Positions 24,990 to 37,579 of a DNA stretch of 64,000 nucleotides are shown here, piece by piece (the stretch's first letter is position 1; every line of letters begins with the position of its first letter). The notes beneath the pieces are model-generated. The model saw nothing but the letters and a program-made list of their open reading frames with translations. It was not told the origin of the DNA and searched no databases. The DNA is taken from NCBI RefSeq assembly GCF_018977255.1, contig NW_024704742.1:120902001-120966000 (forward strand), read 5' to 3'. A program made the position numbers and the translations under genes. This stretch comes from Callorhinchus milii (lineage: Eukaryota).

Positions 24990-25120
24990 TGGCTCAGTTG
25001 GTATCACTCTTGTCTTTGAATCAGAAGGTTGTAAGTTCAAGCTCCACGTCAGGACTTGAAACCCATATTGTCCAAGATGGCACTCCTATGCTAGGGGTGT
25101 GCTGCACTGTTGGAGTTGCC
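24990..25120 (+). mobile_element. 5' head of older Deu-type SINE
   Basis: ggctcagttggtatcactcttgtctttgaatcagaaggttgtaagttcaagctccac, similar to the head at 58366. Confidence 0.7.
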
Positions 25121-25199
25121 AGTAAATACACCCCATTCTGCTGGACAGGGGAAGAAGCTGTGTGTTGACCAATAATATATACCAGAGCGATGGGAGCTA

Positions 25200-25460
25200 T
25201 GAGAGACCATTTGTGATCTTTCTGCTGATAGGAACAAGCAAAATTCTTCCCACATTGGGCACATTTATAGTCTCTCCTGTCTGTGATCACTGGTGTCTCT
25301 GGAGGTTACCCTGAACGCGTGAAACTCTTTCCACATTTGGCAAATTTACATGTGGAAAGAGTTTCACACGATCAGGGCACTTCCTACTCCTGTGTGTGAT
25401 CACTGGTGAACCTTGAGCTCCCCGGACATTGTGAAACTCTTTCCACATTTGGCAATCTCC
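25200..25460 (-). pseudogene. Decayed C2H2 zinc-finger array fragment (about three fingers) with an internal inversion
   Basis: Minus strand gives AKCGKSFTMSGELKVHQ*SHTG, AKCGKSFTRSG..LQRHQ*SQTG and RDYKCAQCGKNFACSYQQKDH. Stops are consistent with CGA>TGA decay; frameshifts present. Confidence 0.8.
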
Positions 25461-27869
25461 TGGTGTTTTAAAGCCTCTCTGAGCAGCCTCACCATCTTGC
25501 TGGCCTTCACAGTGGCTAGGGATATCAACATTGACTCAAATAGTTTGAATCCTGTGAGCAAGAAAATAGCTTATTTGCATTTACCGAGTACCAGCATTAT
25601 AATTACACTTAGCCGGAAATTTCAGTTTGCCGGATCAGATCTCCTACCCGCACCTGCCCATTAGTCCGGTTTGCTGGGGTTTCAGCGTATTAAGAGCAAA
25701 ATTGAGGTTCTTATAATTATTCTATCAATGAGATTTGAAACTAAGGGCATTTCTCTCGATGTCCCAGTCAACAATCTCCAGAAAAAAAAATTGATTACTT
25801 CATGGCTGTTTGTGGAACATTGCTGTGCACAAATTGGCTCATGTTCACCTACAAATACAGTCACTACACTTTACAGTAAAATATTGTGAAGTGCTTTGAA
25901 ACGTTTCAACAACATGATAATGTATTTATCATTAAGTATTTATTATCAAGTTGCCTTCTTCTAAAATGTACACTCTGCATCTTGGTGATTGATGGATCAT
26001 TTTATAAAGAAAAACAAAAATGTTTCTTTGGTATAACGAAATCCTAGCCCTTACACATTAATCAATTCATTTTCTACCTTACGTAACATCCATTCCTGCA
26101 GAGAACATGCTGACATCCTAAAGTCTGTGTAATGACAAAAGTAGCATACTAATAAATATAATAATCACCCTCGTGCTAAGAGGGTAATTAGTATATAAGT
26201 TTAAACAAATGATTGGATTTAGAAACCACATTTTGGCTTCAAAGATAAATTCTGAAAGTTTGAGGTTCGTCACTAAGCCAAACTGAGAGAAAAATCTACT
26301 TTGTCTCTTTACTACTCTTAAGTCCCTTTTCCTTTCACACACAAAGCTCTGCTACTCCATGCAACCTTTATCTCATCAAGTCCATTTTTTACATTTACTA
26401 CCATTAAAGAATCAATTTTGGATTCTTGTTGAAGTTGATTAGTTGGGGGATGGGTAGGAGGTCACAATAAGTACTGAAGAGGAACTTGCTGAGTCAGATT
26501 GAGACCAGGAAAGACAAGAGGGTTATGAGTGACTCAGTGGCCATTAAGAGAAAATACCATTATAAGTATCAAGCATGTGTAATGATGTATTGGATCGGGC
26601 TGGAATCAAACGTTGATGTGAATGGTCTGGATACACCAGTCTACATAAAATGATTTCATGGCCAGACTTGGCCCAGACTGCACATCTTCCTGACAAGCAA
26701 AAGACATTTATACTTGTCACTGCTATCTTTTTGGGAGTGTGAGTTTCCCTTTGAATTAGGATAGATGCAAGCAGTTTTTTGACCAAGTAGATATTCCTCT
26801 TCAGATAACAACAAGATTACATTTGTACAACGCCTTTCACGTCGGGAGGACGTCCCAAGGCGCTGAAATTTAAATTACTCACAGGGCTAAGCATTCCTAT
26901 CACCAAGTTCAATCTCTCAAGACTTTATCGATAATGTCGATTTGTCTAATAAAAATTTGGCTAATTAAACTAGCATTTGTTAGCCATCTCCATGGGGATC
27001 TAGACTAGCCAGTCAGATTCCCCCAACAATTCGCACTTAGTGAACAAACAGATATAATCAACGCACTTTTCCACTCATCCCCACATTTTAATGAATGTGG
27101 CAGCAAATTTAAAATTACGGGTTGTGGCTGTGATTCAAAATCTCAAATGTGCTTCAGTATAAATCACAACAAAACACATCTGCAAGCCTGTATGACTGGC
27201 ATCATAATTATCAATATGGTAATAAGCACGTATTAATACAAAAAAAAGTCCAATGTACCTGCTAATTATCAAGTATTTAGCATTTGAAATGACAGTAAAG
27301 TTAATTTTGGAATAATTGTTCAAACACATCCACTGCCATTTGGCAACTTTTTTATGCCTCATTGTGGTTCCCCTAGAATCTAACTGATTGATATTTTAGT
27401 CATTATTGTTTATTAACAACTTGAAACAATGATATTTTCCTGAGATTATTATGACCATTTTAAAGCGTTGCTTGAGGTTTTGTAAGTAAGTACCAGAACT
27501 ACCAGTCTGTTTGATCATAAACCCAGTAAGATGAAGCCATTTGGCCACATTGCTTTGATAGGCATTGCTTTTGTAATTTTATAACCAACTGCCAATTCTG
27601 CCAAATGGAATAATTCTGCTGCTACCTACATAGCTTTATTTATTCTTCCTTATGCTACTGGTGTTGTGTTTGATTATGACAATTATAATCAATGGCAACG
27701 GAAAGGAATGCTGGATTTTCAACAAAAAAAAACAGTGGTCAGAAATAACAATAAAATTACACTTGTAATGCGCCTTTCAATTTGGGAGAACGTCCCAAGG
27801 CGCTAGACAGTCGGGGATCAGGAAGAACACAGGCTTCATTTTTTTGATCAGCCAAACGTCTGACAAATA

Positions 27870-28430
27870 CGGAAACCCATCAACATGCTTAAGAATATCC
27901 AAACCAAACAGAGTGCCATGTATCCCACATGTACATGGAAATTCTAGAGATGTTTATTTGAATGGAATGCGCAATCTCTCCCTGGACGGACGCATCCTGC
28001 TTACTAAATTCTGGAAAGTATTAGGCACAGGTTGGAGAGAGCCAAGGCTTGGGGACCCCCGATGTGCGTTGGGGTACTGCTGGAGTCTAACCAGCTAAAA
28101 CCGCAAAGTTTGCCATTGAGAGTACTGCCTGCAAGCTTTCCGGCTGCTTGTCATTATACCACGCTACCCATAAGGGCTTTGACTTGCAGGGTTAACAGGA
28201 GCTGATTGGGAAAAATTCCGGTCTCTAGTGACAGGTTTGCCCTTTCAAGTCTTACCAATGAGCTAGCCTGGCTGTGCTGTCATCAGAAGTGCCCTGGAAT
28301 ACTGCGGACCCGTCTGACTCAGGAACTGGACGACTGAGACCACCACATATGGTGGGCTTCATTCCAACATTCCATTGCCAAATACATCACCTTGAAGCTA
28401 ATCCAGCTCCAAGAAGCCACCGCTAACCAC
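27870..28430 (+). repeat. Unclassified interspersed repeat, copy A (~550 bp; strand arbitrary)
   Basis: Colinear reverse-complement similarity to 36830-37380, e.g. ccaatgagctagcctggctgtgctgtcatcagaagtgccctggaatactgcggacc. Confidence 0.85.
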
Positions 28431-28499
28431 CCGACCCAAGGAGGATAGTTAGCCTACACTGGTCTTTTCTGATCCCATACACCCCTATGTCAACAGCAT

Positions 28500-28880
28500 A
28501 CATAGGAACATAAGAAAACCGGAACAAGAGGATGCCATTCAGCCTGTCCCAGCAATTTATTAGATCTTGTTAGATCCTTTAATTCCAATGCCCTAACTTC
28601 TGTCATGCCCTTTAATATCTCTACTACTCAAATACCTGTCTAATTTTCTTTTAAACATTACTATTGATTCTGTCTCTGCAACTTTCTGGGGAGAGGATTT
28701 CCGATCTTTACAATCCTGTGTGCAAAGAAATGTTTCCTCACTTCAACTCTATCTATCTTAGTTCTGATTTTACGGCAATATCCTCTTGTAATTGATCCCT
28801 CTGCCCTAAAAGAATAAACCACTAAATAACTTGCAATTCCTTTCATTATTTTAAATACTTCAACCAATCACCCCTTGAAA
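28500..28880 (-). mobile_element. CR1-type LINE 3' end, decayed
   Basis: ORF 28661..28867 reads VEVFKIMKG...TRGY...RKHFFAHRIVKIGNPLP, the CR1 ORF2 C-terminus; cataggaacataagaa tail. Confidence 0.8.
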
Positions 28881-29549
28881 GAAGTTAGTCCACAAAACAG
28901 ACTCTTAACTACACTTCAGTAAAGCTTTGAAGAAGTCCTCATGATGTGAAAGGCACTATATCAAAAGCAAGGATTAGTATTATATTATTATAAGTAAACA
29001 ATCCTGCGATAGTTATATCCTACAATTTCTTTTAAATCCAGTATCTCAGATCTGAAAAAGTAAGATTTGTTATTCTGGTTAATTAAGCCATCTTCATCTG
29101 CTAAACACTTCAATGAAATCTCCAAGATACCAATAGCCAAATATCACCTTTCAAAAAATTAAGAGGTAAAAAGCAAGGCATTTTATTATTCAGTGAAAAT
29201 TATCCATAATTATGACTGCGGGGGGGAACACCACATTTGTACAAGAGCTGAAGATGAAATGCTGCCAAATCATCTGAGCAGAATAACACAGCTGAACTTG
29301 AATAGTAATTAATTCTTTCAGATATAATATTTCAGACTGCTTCTTACAAAGGAGTCAATGACATTCAGAGGACACAGTAAAGGAAGCAGTCAGTGTCATT
29401 TTGAGATTTCCTTTAACATGCAAGGTAAATTGCAACCTAACCTGGATTTCAGGATAAAGTGGTCGATCCAGACTCAGGCTGTTTTAAAAGTTGTTATAAA
29501 TTAAGGAGCTTTTAAATTTGCTAGTCATGGATTTTGATTTCATGTTTAC

Positions 29550-29860
29550 ACACCACAAAAACAGACCTTTCAGTCCAACTAGTCCGTGATGGTGTCCATT
29601 CTCCACATGAGCCTCCACTCCTCTTAATCTCCTCTCCTATAACCCTTTATTCCTATCACCACTTGATGCATCAAGTTCCCTCTTAAATACATTGATGATT
29701 TTTTTTTCATCAACCATAGTTTCCTGCAGTGAGTTACACATTCTCACCACTCTCTGCATAAAGTTCCTCACACTCCCCATTAGATACGCTTTTGGATTCC
29801 TTATATTTATGTCCCCCCATTTTGGACTCACCAACAAATGGAAACAGCCTGGCAACATTT
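29550..29860 (-). mobile_element. CR1-type LINE 3' end, decayed
   Basis: ORF 29637..29858 contains RNFMQRVVRMCNSLQETMV...FKRELD. Confidence 0.78.
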
Positions 29861-30214
29861 TGGTACTGAATTTTCGTTTCTAGTCTGAAGATAAAGTACA
29901 GCAACACAAACGTATTCAGAGTGAGCAGTTGTATTAATATCATGTCTTTTGGGGGATTTTGCCCAAAACCCTGACCCAAAAGAAAACTTGTAAAAGGTGT
30001 GAATTGGTGATTGTGTTACAAAAACATTCAACATGATTGTGTCAGAGTTCTTGTTCTTCATATGAGATGGTAAACCAAGGTATCATCGGTTTGTTCAGGT
30101 AGGCTTAAAGATGGCATGGTACTACTCGAAAAGAGAAGACCGCAGACAAAAAATGGTCATTCACTTTGTGGTTGTTTGTAGGACATTGACATGCACAAAT
30201 TGGCAGCTGTGATA

Positions 30215-30745
30215 CAACAATAACAAATTACACTTGTTCATAGCACCCTTTATAGTGCCCTTCATGTCAGAAAGATGTCCCAGGGCGCTGAACAGTCAGG
30301 GATTTTTGGACCCGAGCTAGGAGTTGGGTCAGGAGGAGTAGAGTGCAGGGGGTGTGGGGGTGGGGGGCAGGCTGGCCGAGGGCACAGTCGAAGAGGAAGT
30401 TCTTTAGACGGGACTTGAAGGAGGCAAGAGAGGGGGTGAGGCGGAGAGATTGCGGGATAAAGTTCCAGAGTGTGAGGGCAGGGATGCTGAATGCCCGACC
30501 ATCAATGGTAGGGCGGGAAGTGTGGAGGACCTGAAGCAGGCCAAGCGGAGGAAGCGGACAGGTGATATGAGGTTAGGAAGTCGGAGAGGTAGGGGGGAGC
30601 AAGACCATGGAGGGCCTTGAAAGTAATAATAAGGGTTTTGTACTCGATTCTCTGAGCGATGGGGAGCCAGTGAAGCCGGACAAGAATGTGGCTGATTGGT
30701 TCACAGAGGCTGGTGCGGGAGAGGACACGAGCTGCAGAGTTTTGA
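30215..30745 (-). mobile_element. L2 3' end
   Basis: ORF 30502..30759 contains QNSAARVLSRT...LHWLPIAQRIEYK..FKALHGLAPPYL; L2 tail at ~30215-30290. Confidence 0.85.
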
Positions 30746-32279
30746 TGGTGGGCATGCACCTATATTCCAAACTTCGTATTAAAGGCAAGTATTTTCCAGA
30801 TCATGCAGATGAAGGGTTTCCTCTGGCACATTTGTGAAATCCTTCTTTAATGGGTCATTAACCAAGACCCTGTCTGCCTGTGATTTAGGTGGACATTAAG
30901 AAACGCTCTCATCACTATTGCAATGTTGCTGGCATAAATTAGCTGTAGCGGCCTTTGCCTATATAACACTATTCGTTTCAAATCTAATTAATCAAATGGT
31001 TTGAATTGCTTCGAGATGTTCTTTTACATTAAAGAACCTATGTATATGTAAGTGATTTTTGTCCTGAGATGCTAAATAATCTTGAGCAGCAAAGATAATA
31101 AACACTATGAACTTTACGCTTGAAAGTCATTTTCTGATTCATGCTTCGCAACAAATTACTTGTTACCTTACAAACCTAAGAAATATCAGGACAAGAAGAG
31201 ACCATTTCGCCATTAACAGTGCTCCTTTTACAGACTATTTCAAATTTATCTCATCATGGGGGCTCTACCCCACTTATTCAATGTTCTAAGTGAATTCTAA
31301 TCATCAATTTTTTCTTTGAACCCAAAAGTCCCTAAACAAAATAAGGATGAAGCATTCATCTCCTCAGCCCAAGATGTGCTTTTCTTCCTCCAAGAACTAT
31401 GAGTTCAATGGAACATTTGGTATTTCTTTGCTCCCACTTCTCTGCCCGCTCCCTCCACTTGGCTAACTCGAGCTTGTCGTTCTTCTCCATACCCCCTACC
31501 CCCTGATTATCAGTGGTCACACCTCCAGTTAAAACCACCTTAAAACCTACCTCTACAATAGTGGTTATGGACACTTCCTTCTTTCCTCCCTCCTTGGAGT
31601 CTGACCACGTCATTGTGAAGTGCTCCGAGATATCCTATACAAAGGGTGCTATACGAATGCAAGCTGTTGTTGATTCGTTCTGTTTAAACTTGTCCCTAGA
31701 ATCTTTAAACTCATCCTCAACTATTTTGAGGAAGTTAAAAAACACAACCTTAAGTGTTGGATTGGTAAAGTATTCACATGTGTAGGACAGAGACTGGTGA
31801 GGGGGGAAGGATTCTAATCCATAGCCTCGGTTGATATTTGTTAACTTTTTCTTACAAACTTTAGTTCTAAAAACTTAAAGTCAAGTCAAACAGCCTCATC
31901 AACGTTGTTTAGAAGATAGGTTGATCAAAACAGTATTCCTCATCAGTGATCACTTAAAGATTAGAACCTACTTCCACTCCTAATCAAATATTCTTGAGAT
32001 TCATCTTAGCTGACAGACAAGAGCGTCACACTGCCTGGGAATGTTCACTGCATGATCAAAAATCATACCAGAATTCCTTTTCACTTTTCCTATTGGACTA
32101 ATTATGATTGTCAACACATTGTTCAGTTTCCCTGGTCTATTCTGCACAAATCACATCTAGCATGTCAAAATCCATCTAGAATGCTACTTACTGCATGTAT
32201 TCAAATCAATTCCTCTTATTAATTATAGACTCATTACAGTCATCTACAGAACACTAGTCACTTTGCTTCCAAACAGTAT

Positions 32280-32760
32280 GGAAACATCGAAATTTACAGA
32301 TCCGAATGAGGCCATTTGGCCCATCAAACCTGCACCGGCTCACAAAGCAAGGATATCGCTTCAATCTCACCATCTCGCCTTATCCCCATACCCCTTCAAA
32401 CCCCTTTCTCATATGCCTGTCTATTTCCCTCTTAAAAGCTATAATGGACTTTGCTCCACCACCCTACTCAGAAGGGTGATCTACATCCCAACTATTCCCT
32501 GGGTGAAAAAATTCCTTCCAAGTTCTCCTTTCACTATTCTTGTGGCTATCTTATAACTATGTCCTCTAGTTTTTGACTCCCCTATCAATGGAAATAACTT
32601 CTCTCTATTAACCTGAACAAAACGCCTCATGATTTTGTACATCTTAATCAGGCCTCCCGCTCAACCTTCTCTGCTCCAATGAAAACAGAGCCAGCTTCTC
32701 GTTTCCTCATAACCATAGTCCTTCATCCCCAGAATAATTCTTGTAAACCTCCTTTGATTA
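32280..32760 (-). mobile_element. CR1-type LINE 3' fragment
   Basis: gaggccatttggcccatc...ctgggtgaaaaaattccttc...ctatgtcctctagtt...tcaaccttctctgctccaatgaaaac is antisense CR1 3' sequence. Confidence 0.75.
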
Positions 32761-34593
32761 CTTTGGCTAAAAATGATTACTGATAACAGACTATACAGAA
32801 ATCACCATATGAGTTAAGATAACCCATCTGCAGTTTCTCAATAGATGAGGGGTTCAAAAACCTAAAAATGTGTCAAGACTGGCTGCTGAATTTATGCTTA
32901 AAACACACACGCATACACTCACTGGCAGTTTAATGTACAGATTGTTCAATGCAACCATTAGCGATGATGATCAACCCTTTCGTTTTCAAACCTAAAAGTA
33001 ATGACTGTAGTTTTCCAAGCACTGGACGTGGATTGCATGAAACACTGCTACTTACACTGGTTCATGATGAGATGAAAGTGTCTCAAAAGTCTCATCTCAC
33101 CAGCTGTAATGCATTGTTGCAAATTACTTAGAATTACACAGAAGGCAGAAAAACAGGTTTATTTTGAACTGTCTACAAGTGCTTTTAGTACCGCCACATT
33201 TGTAATGTTATACGGTACCAGTCAACTAGATACATGCCTAGTTGATCCTTTTATAACATCTATAACATAATTACATACTAAAAAAATGAGAGGCAGGGCT
33301 GGTTTACATAATTGTATTTGCATTTATAAAGTACATGATAGTGTCTAGTGGATTTAAGTCCACATTGAACATTATAAAGATGGCAAGGAAATGTGTTCTA
33401 CTTTCATGATAACAGTTATTTTAGGTCATCACTGAGCAATCCTCAACTTAAAAGTCAGTGGTGATGTGCTCCGAAGTAGCAAAACTAATTCACAGTGACA
33501 TTATAGGACACGTTGAAATATTGCTCTAGGAGCACAGATTATGTTCTTTTAATATTGGGCTTTGGACGCAACAACAGGGAATTGAATGGAAAGCTGGACA
33601 TTTCAACAATCAATACATTTTTTAAACCTAAGACTGTATGATACGATCACTGGATACAATAGACTATTTTTCACTCTCAGGTATGGTTGTTTATCATCTT
33701 GAGGAGCCACAAAATATTACAAAATAGAACTTTCCATCAGTGGAGTGGCGCCTGAGGAACTGATGAAAACTGTTTCACACAAACCCAGACAACTTCAATG
33801 AAGTCAACAGAAAGATCATAAATTATTTAACTCTTAACCCACACAATAAACAGATTCCATCAAATAGAGTTTGGATGAAGAACGTCCATGAATAAAAGTA
33901 AGGTGATAAATGTAGTCAGGCTTCCTGCCACAGTTAAGGCACTTGTTTGCAACACAATTTTGTAGGAATTCTTTCTTGAACTTTCAATCTATGTCTGTTA
34001 AACACCTTGGAATCCAAGTTGCTAAAGCATTAAACATACCAGGAAATGGACATTTTTAATATACACAGAGGTAGAAATTGTTTCTATGTGTAGTACAATT
34101 AGGAAGGCAGGTTTAAAAAAATGTACCTGTAGAAATAGTAAAAAAATGCATCAATTTAGCAAAGAAACATTCACATTGTAGCTACTTAAAAAAAAATTAA
34201 AATGATGAATCTCCAGCAGCTAACAAGTGGTAACTGAGTTTGAAGTCACGGAGCTAAGCATTCAGCTATCAGAATACACCAAGATCGTGAATATGCTTCA
34301 AATAGCATTAAATATTAATCATGAATACTAAACCACATCATCATTTTGCAGGGCTAGCTTGAGAGCTGCTTATATTTTAAAGCATAAAATAAACTGGGCT
34401 GAATATGAGTAACCTCAGCAGATATAAAAATATGGAAACTTTCAGCATAGGAGGTAGCCATTCTCTTTAAGTATGTGTCACTGTTACCTGTAGGAAGTAC
34501 CCGACTTCAGCAGAGAACACAGGATGTAATGTTGTTGATGACTTGACAACCCGGAAATTGGACTTCAAGTATAGGAACCTGGCTGGTCCATGC

Positions 34594-34617
34594 ATATATA
34601 TATATATATATATATAT
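34594..34617. repeat. (TA)n microsatellite
   Basis: atatatatatatatatatatatat. Confidence 0.9.
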
Positions 34618-34884
34618 TGCCTTATAAGATAACCATTTTACAATGATGATCTACTGCACTAATTTTGACCATACAAAATGTTCAAGTAAAACTGATATTC
34701 TGCTAGCAGTTTAAAACATTGCAACAAGATCACAACATGCACTTGAACATCTTCAGGGTGTAAACAGGGAAACTATTTTAATGATTGTAATGTTTAATGT
34801 TAATTGTTTACCTACAAAATACATTCACTACATTTGACAGTAGATCCTGTGTAGCGTTTTCAGATGTCCTCCGGGCATGAAAGG

Positions 34885-35208
34885 TAATAATAATAATAAT
34901 AATAATCCTTGCATTTGCTATGGCGCTTTTCACGTCGGGAGGACGTCCCAAAACGCTTCACAGAACACACTGTACAGTGAATTGACTGTATATTTGTGGG
35001 CGAATGCGACAGCCAATTGCGCACAGCAATGTCCCACAAACAGTCGTGGATTGAAAATGACCAATTTATTATTGTTTTTGGTTTTGGAGGGATTATTATT
35101 AGGCGTGTGGAGTAAGGAAACTTGCCCAAGGTTTCGCCCTGCCTGGAATTGAACTCAGGTCTCTCACTTGCAAAGCGAGTGCTCTAACCACTGAGCTACA
35201 GGACTCCA
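34885..35208 (-). mobile_element. Full-length tRNA-headed SINE
   Basis: Head ggagtcctgtagctcagtggttagagc and (ATT)n tail on the minus strand. Confidence 0.92.
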
Positions 35209-36054
35209 GGTACTGTATCAAATGCAGCGATTATTATTATGAATTGCACTCAGATTTCAACACAGTATCTCTCCTGTCAAAGTAATACCGTTGGAAGTAA
35301 TTGTTTGATATGGCAAAAAGAAAATGAGATTGCAGATCATTGAAAGAGAGGCATTCTGAAGTAAATACTGAAACACACCGAAAGAGGTTGACCTTCTCAG
35401 CAAAAGGGACGGTAAATTTCACTGGAGATAACAAAGCTGTCAGGTTTATGATTTGGTGACATCAATCATGTGGTACTTGCTGAATCAAGAAATTACTGGA
35501 ACTAATTTCAGTAAAATCAGCGCCTACTTCTTGGGTAATGCAGGTACTCCTGCAACCTTTTCCCATTTTCTGGACTAATTTGCCAATTGTCACATACAAG
35601 TATTTGAGAGACTAGTGCAATCACATAGACCAGCCTGATTAGTATTCCACACTGGAATTGCGGCCAATAATCTACCTGCAAACTATCTAAAAATGCATTT
35701 CCTAGCAAGTCGTGATTTTGTTCTTCAATATACGTTTGTTTTTAAGCCTAGAGTGAGAGGTTTAATCTTGGGGGCTTGAGCTCACAGTCCAAGTTGACAT
35801 TCCAGTGTGTACTTGGGTAGTGCTGCTGCATCAGAGGTGCCAGCTTTTAGGCAAGATGATAATCAAGGTCTTGTGTGCCTTATCAGGTAAACATCAAAGA
35901 ATTTGAGAGTGGTGGAATGTTCTCCCACTGTTTTGGCCAAAAATACTCCAGATTAAATGATGATTCACCTCAAGGCTGTTTGTGGAACTGTGCTGACACA
36001 ATGATTAGCTGCTGGGTTTGCCTACAAACAGGCACCACACAAAAAACAGGAACA

Positions 36055-36400
36055 TGAGGGGGCCAATGTGCATTGATCCCATTCTACCAGTTTATCAGAT
36101 CTTGGCAGATCCTTCAATTCCAAAGGCCCTGCCCTTTCGCCATACCCTTTAATACTTCCTCAGCACCCAAGTATCTGCTGATCTCTATTTCAGACATCTC
36201 TATTGATACTGCCTCTCAGCTTTCTTGGGCAGAATTTTCCACATTTTCATAACCCTGTGTGTTATGAAGAAATGCTTTCTAATCTTAGTTCTAGCTATCT
36301 TCGTGGTGATTTTAAGGCTATGCCTCTTTTGTAATGGAACCCTCTACTCCACCAATTATCTATTCCATCAATTACTTTCATTATTTTAAATGCTGCAATA
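36055..36400 (-). mobile_element. Decayed CR1-type 3' fragment, preceded by an old Deu-SINE remnant at ~35750-36030
   Basis: Similar to 28500-28880 (agatccttcaattccaa...aagaaatgctttc). Confidence 0.6.
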
Positions 36401-36829
36401 ATTACTCGTGAAAGGCTCTGCAACGTTTATTTTATAGAAATCTGGCTATTTTGTTTTATATGCAACATATTGCTTCTGTTTGTTTTAATCATGGTGTTCT
36501 CAGGATACAATAAAATGAGTACAATTACAATTTTAATTCATTTTATACTGAAGTTCATTTCATTCCCTTTTCCCCAAAGTATTTCAACAGCTACTCTTTT
36601 CGTGATGCAGAGCTGAGCTATTGTCCCTGCACACTGTCCACAATGCCACAGACTTTAACCAGTAAAGCAATAAGAGAGGTTTGTCTGAAGCTTTGTTTCT
36701 CGTGCTCCTTTTGACTACAGATATCACAAATAATGTACACACAGAGAGAATGCTACAAAGCAGTTGGGTGTAAAGCTGCAGGAGTGGTTTGAACTTTCAG
36801 CCAAGTTTCAGTGCAAGAGGAACAGTGTC

Positions 36830-37380
36830 TCCTTGGAGCTGAACTGTAAGCGGAGCTGAACTGGGTCCAAGGTAACATCCCTGGCAATGGAATGTCAGAA
36901 TTGACCAGCCCTCTGTGATGCTCTCACTAGTCCGCTTCCTGAGCCAGGTAGGTCCGCAGTACTCCAGGGCACTGCTGATGACAGCACAGCCAGCCTAGCT
37001 CATTGGCAGGACCTGGAAGGGCAGATCAATCACTTGGGGCAGGGAAGACATCACACTCAGCTCCTGTTAACTCTACAAGCCAATGCCCTAATGGTAGAGT
37101 GGCCCTAGCTGGACAAGCAGCAGGAATGCTTGCTGGACAGCACTATCAATGGCAAGCTGTGTGGTTTTAGCTGGTTAGACTTCAGCAATACCCCAATGCA
37201 CACTCTGGGGACCCCAAGTATTGGCTCTCGCCAACCTGTGCCTAATATTTTCTGGAATTTCGCTAAGCAGAATGCATCTCTCCAGGGAGAGAGTACGCAA
37301 TCTATTGCAACAATCTATCTCTGGGATTTTCATGTGTTGGTGGAATGCATGGAAACCTCAGCTTGGATTGGATGCATGGT
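36830..37380 (-). repeat. Unclassified interspersed repeat, copy B (inverted relative to copy A)
   Basis: ggtccgcagtactccagggcactgctgatgacagcacagccagcctagctcattgg...ttttagctggttagact. Confidence 0.85.
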
Positions 37381-37457
37381 GATAAATTTCTGCATGGTGA
37401 TCACCTCACTGAATGCTCTAAACAACACACTGCTGTGCCAGATTAAAATGGCCTTAC

Positions 37458-37579
37458 CTGTTGACTGATGGCAAGAGTGACAGTAGTGCCAAAGCAGAGA
37501 GTTTTCTTCTCTCTGGTTGTGTAATGTTATCCATTCGGTCAACCCACATCTCAATCATGCTGCCAATAAGCTGATCCAT
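37458..37579 (-). CDS. IPO11: Importin-11 coding exon (MDQLIGSMIEMWVDRMDNITQPERRKLSALALLSLLPSVN+AG), phase 0-2
   Basis: Near-identical to recalled IPO11 MIEMWVDRMDNITQPERRKLSALALLSLLP. Acceptor tcatag, donor gtaagg, 122 nt. Confidence 0.96.

Noticed and set aside
37130..37468. 112-aa ORF within the unclassified repeat
   Set aside because: No recognisable motif, and I could not confirm that the frame is maintained in the other copies.
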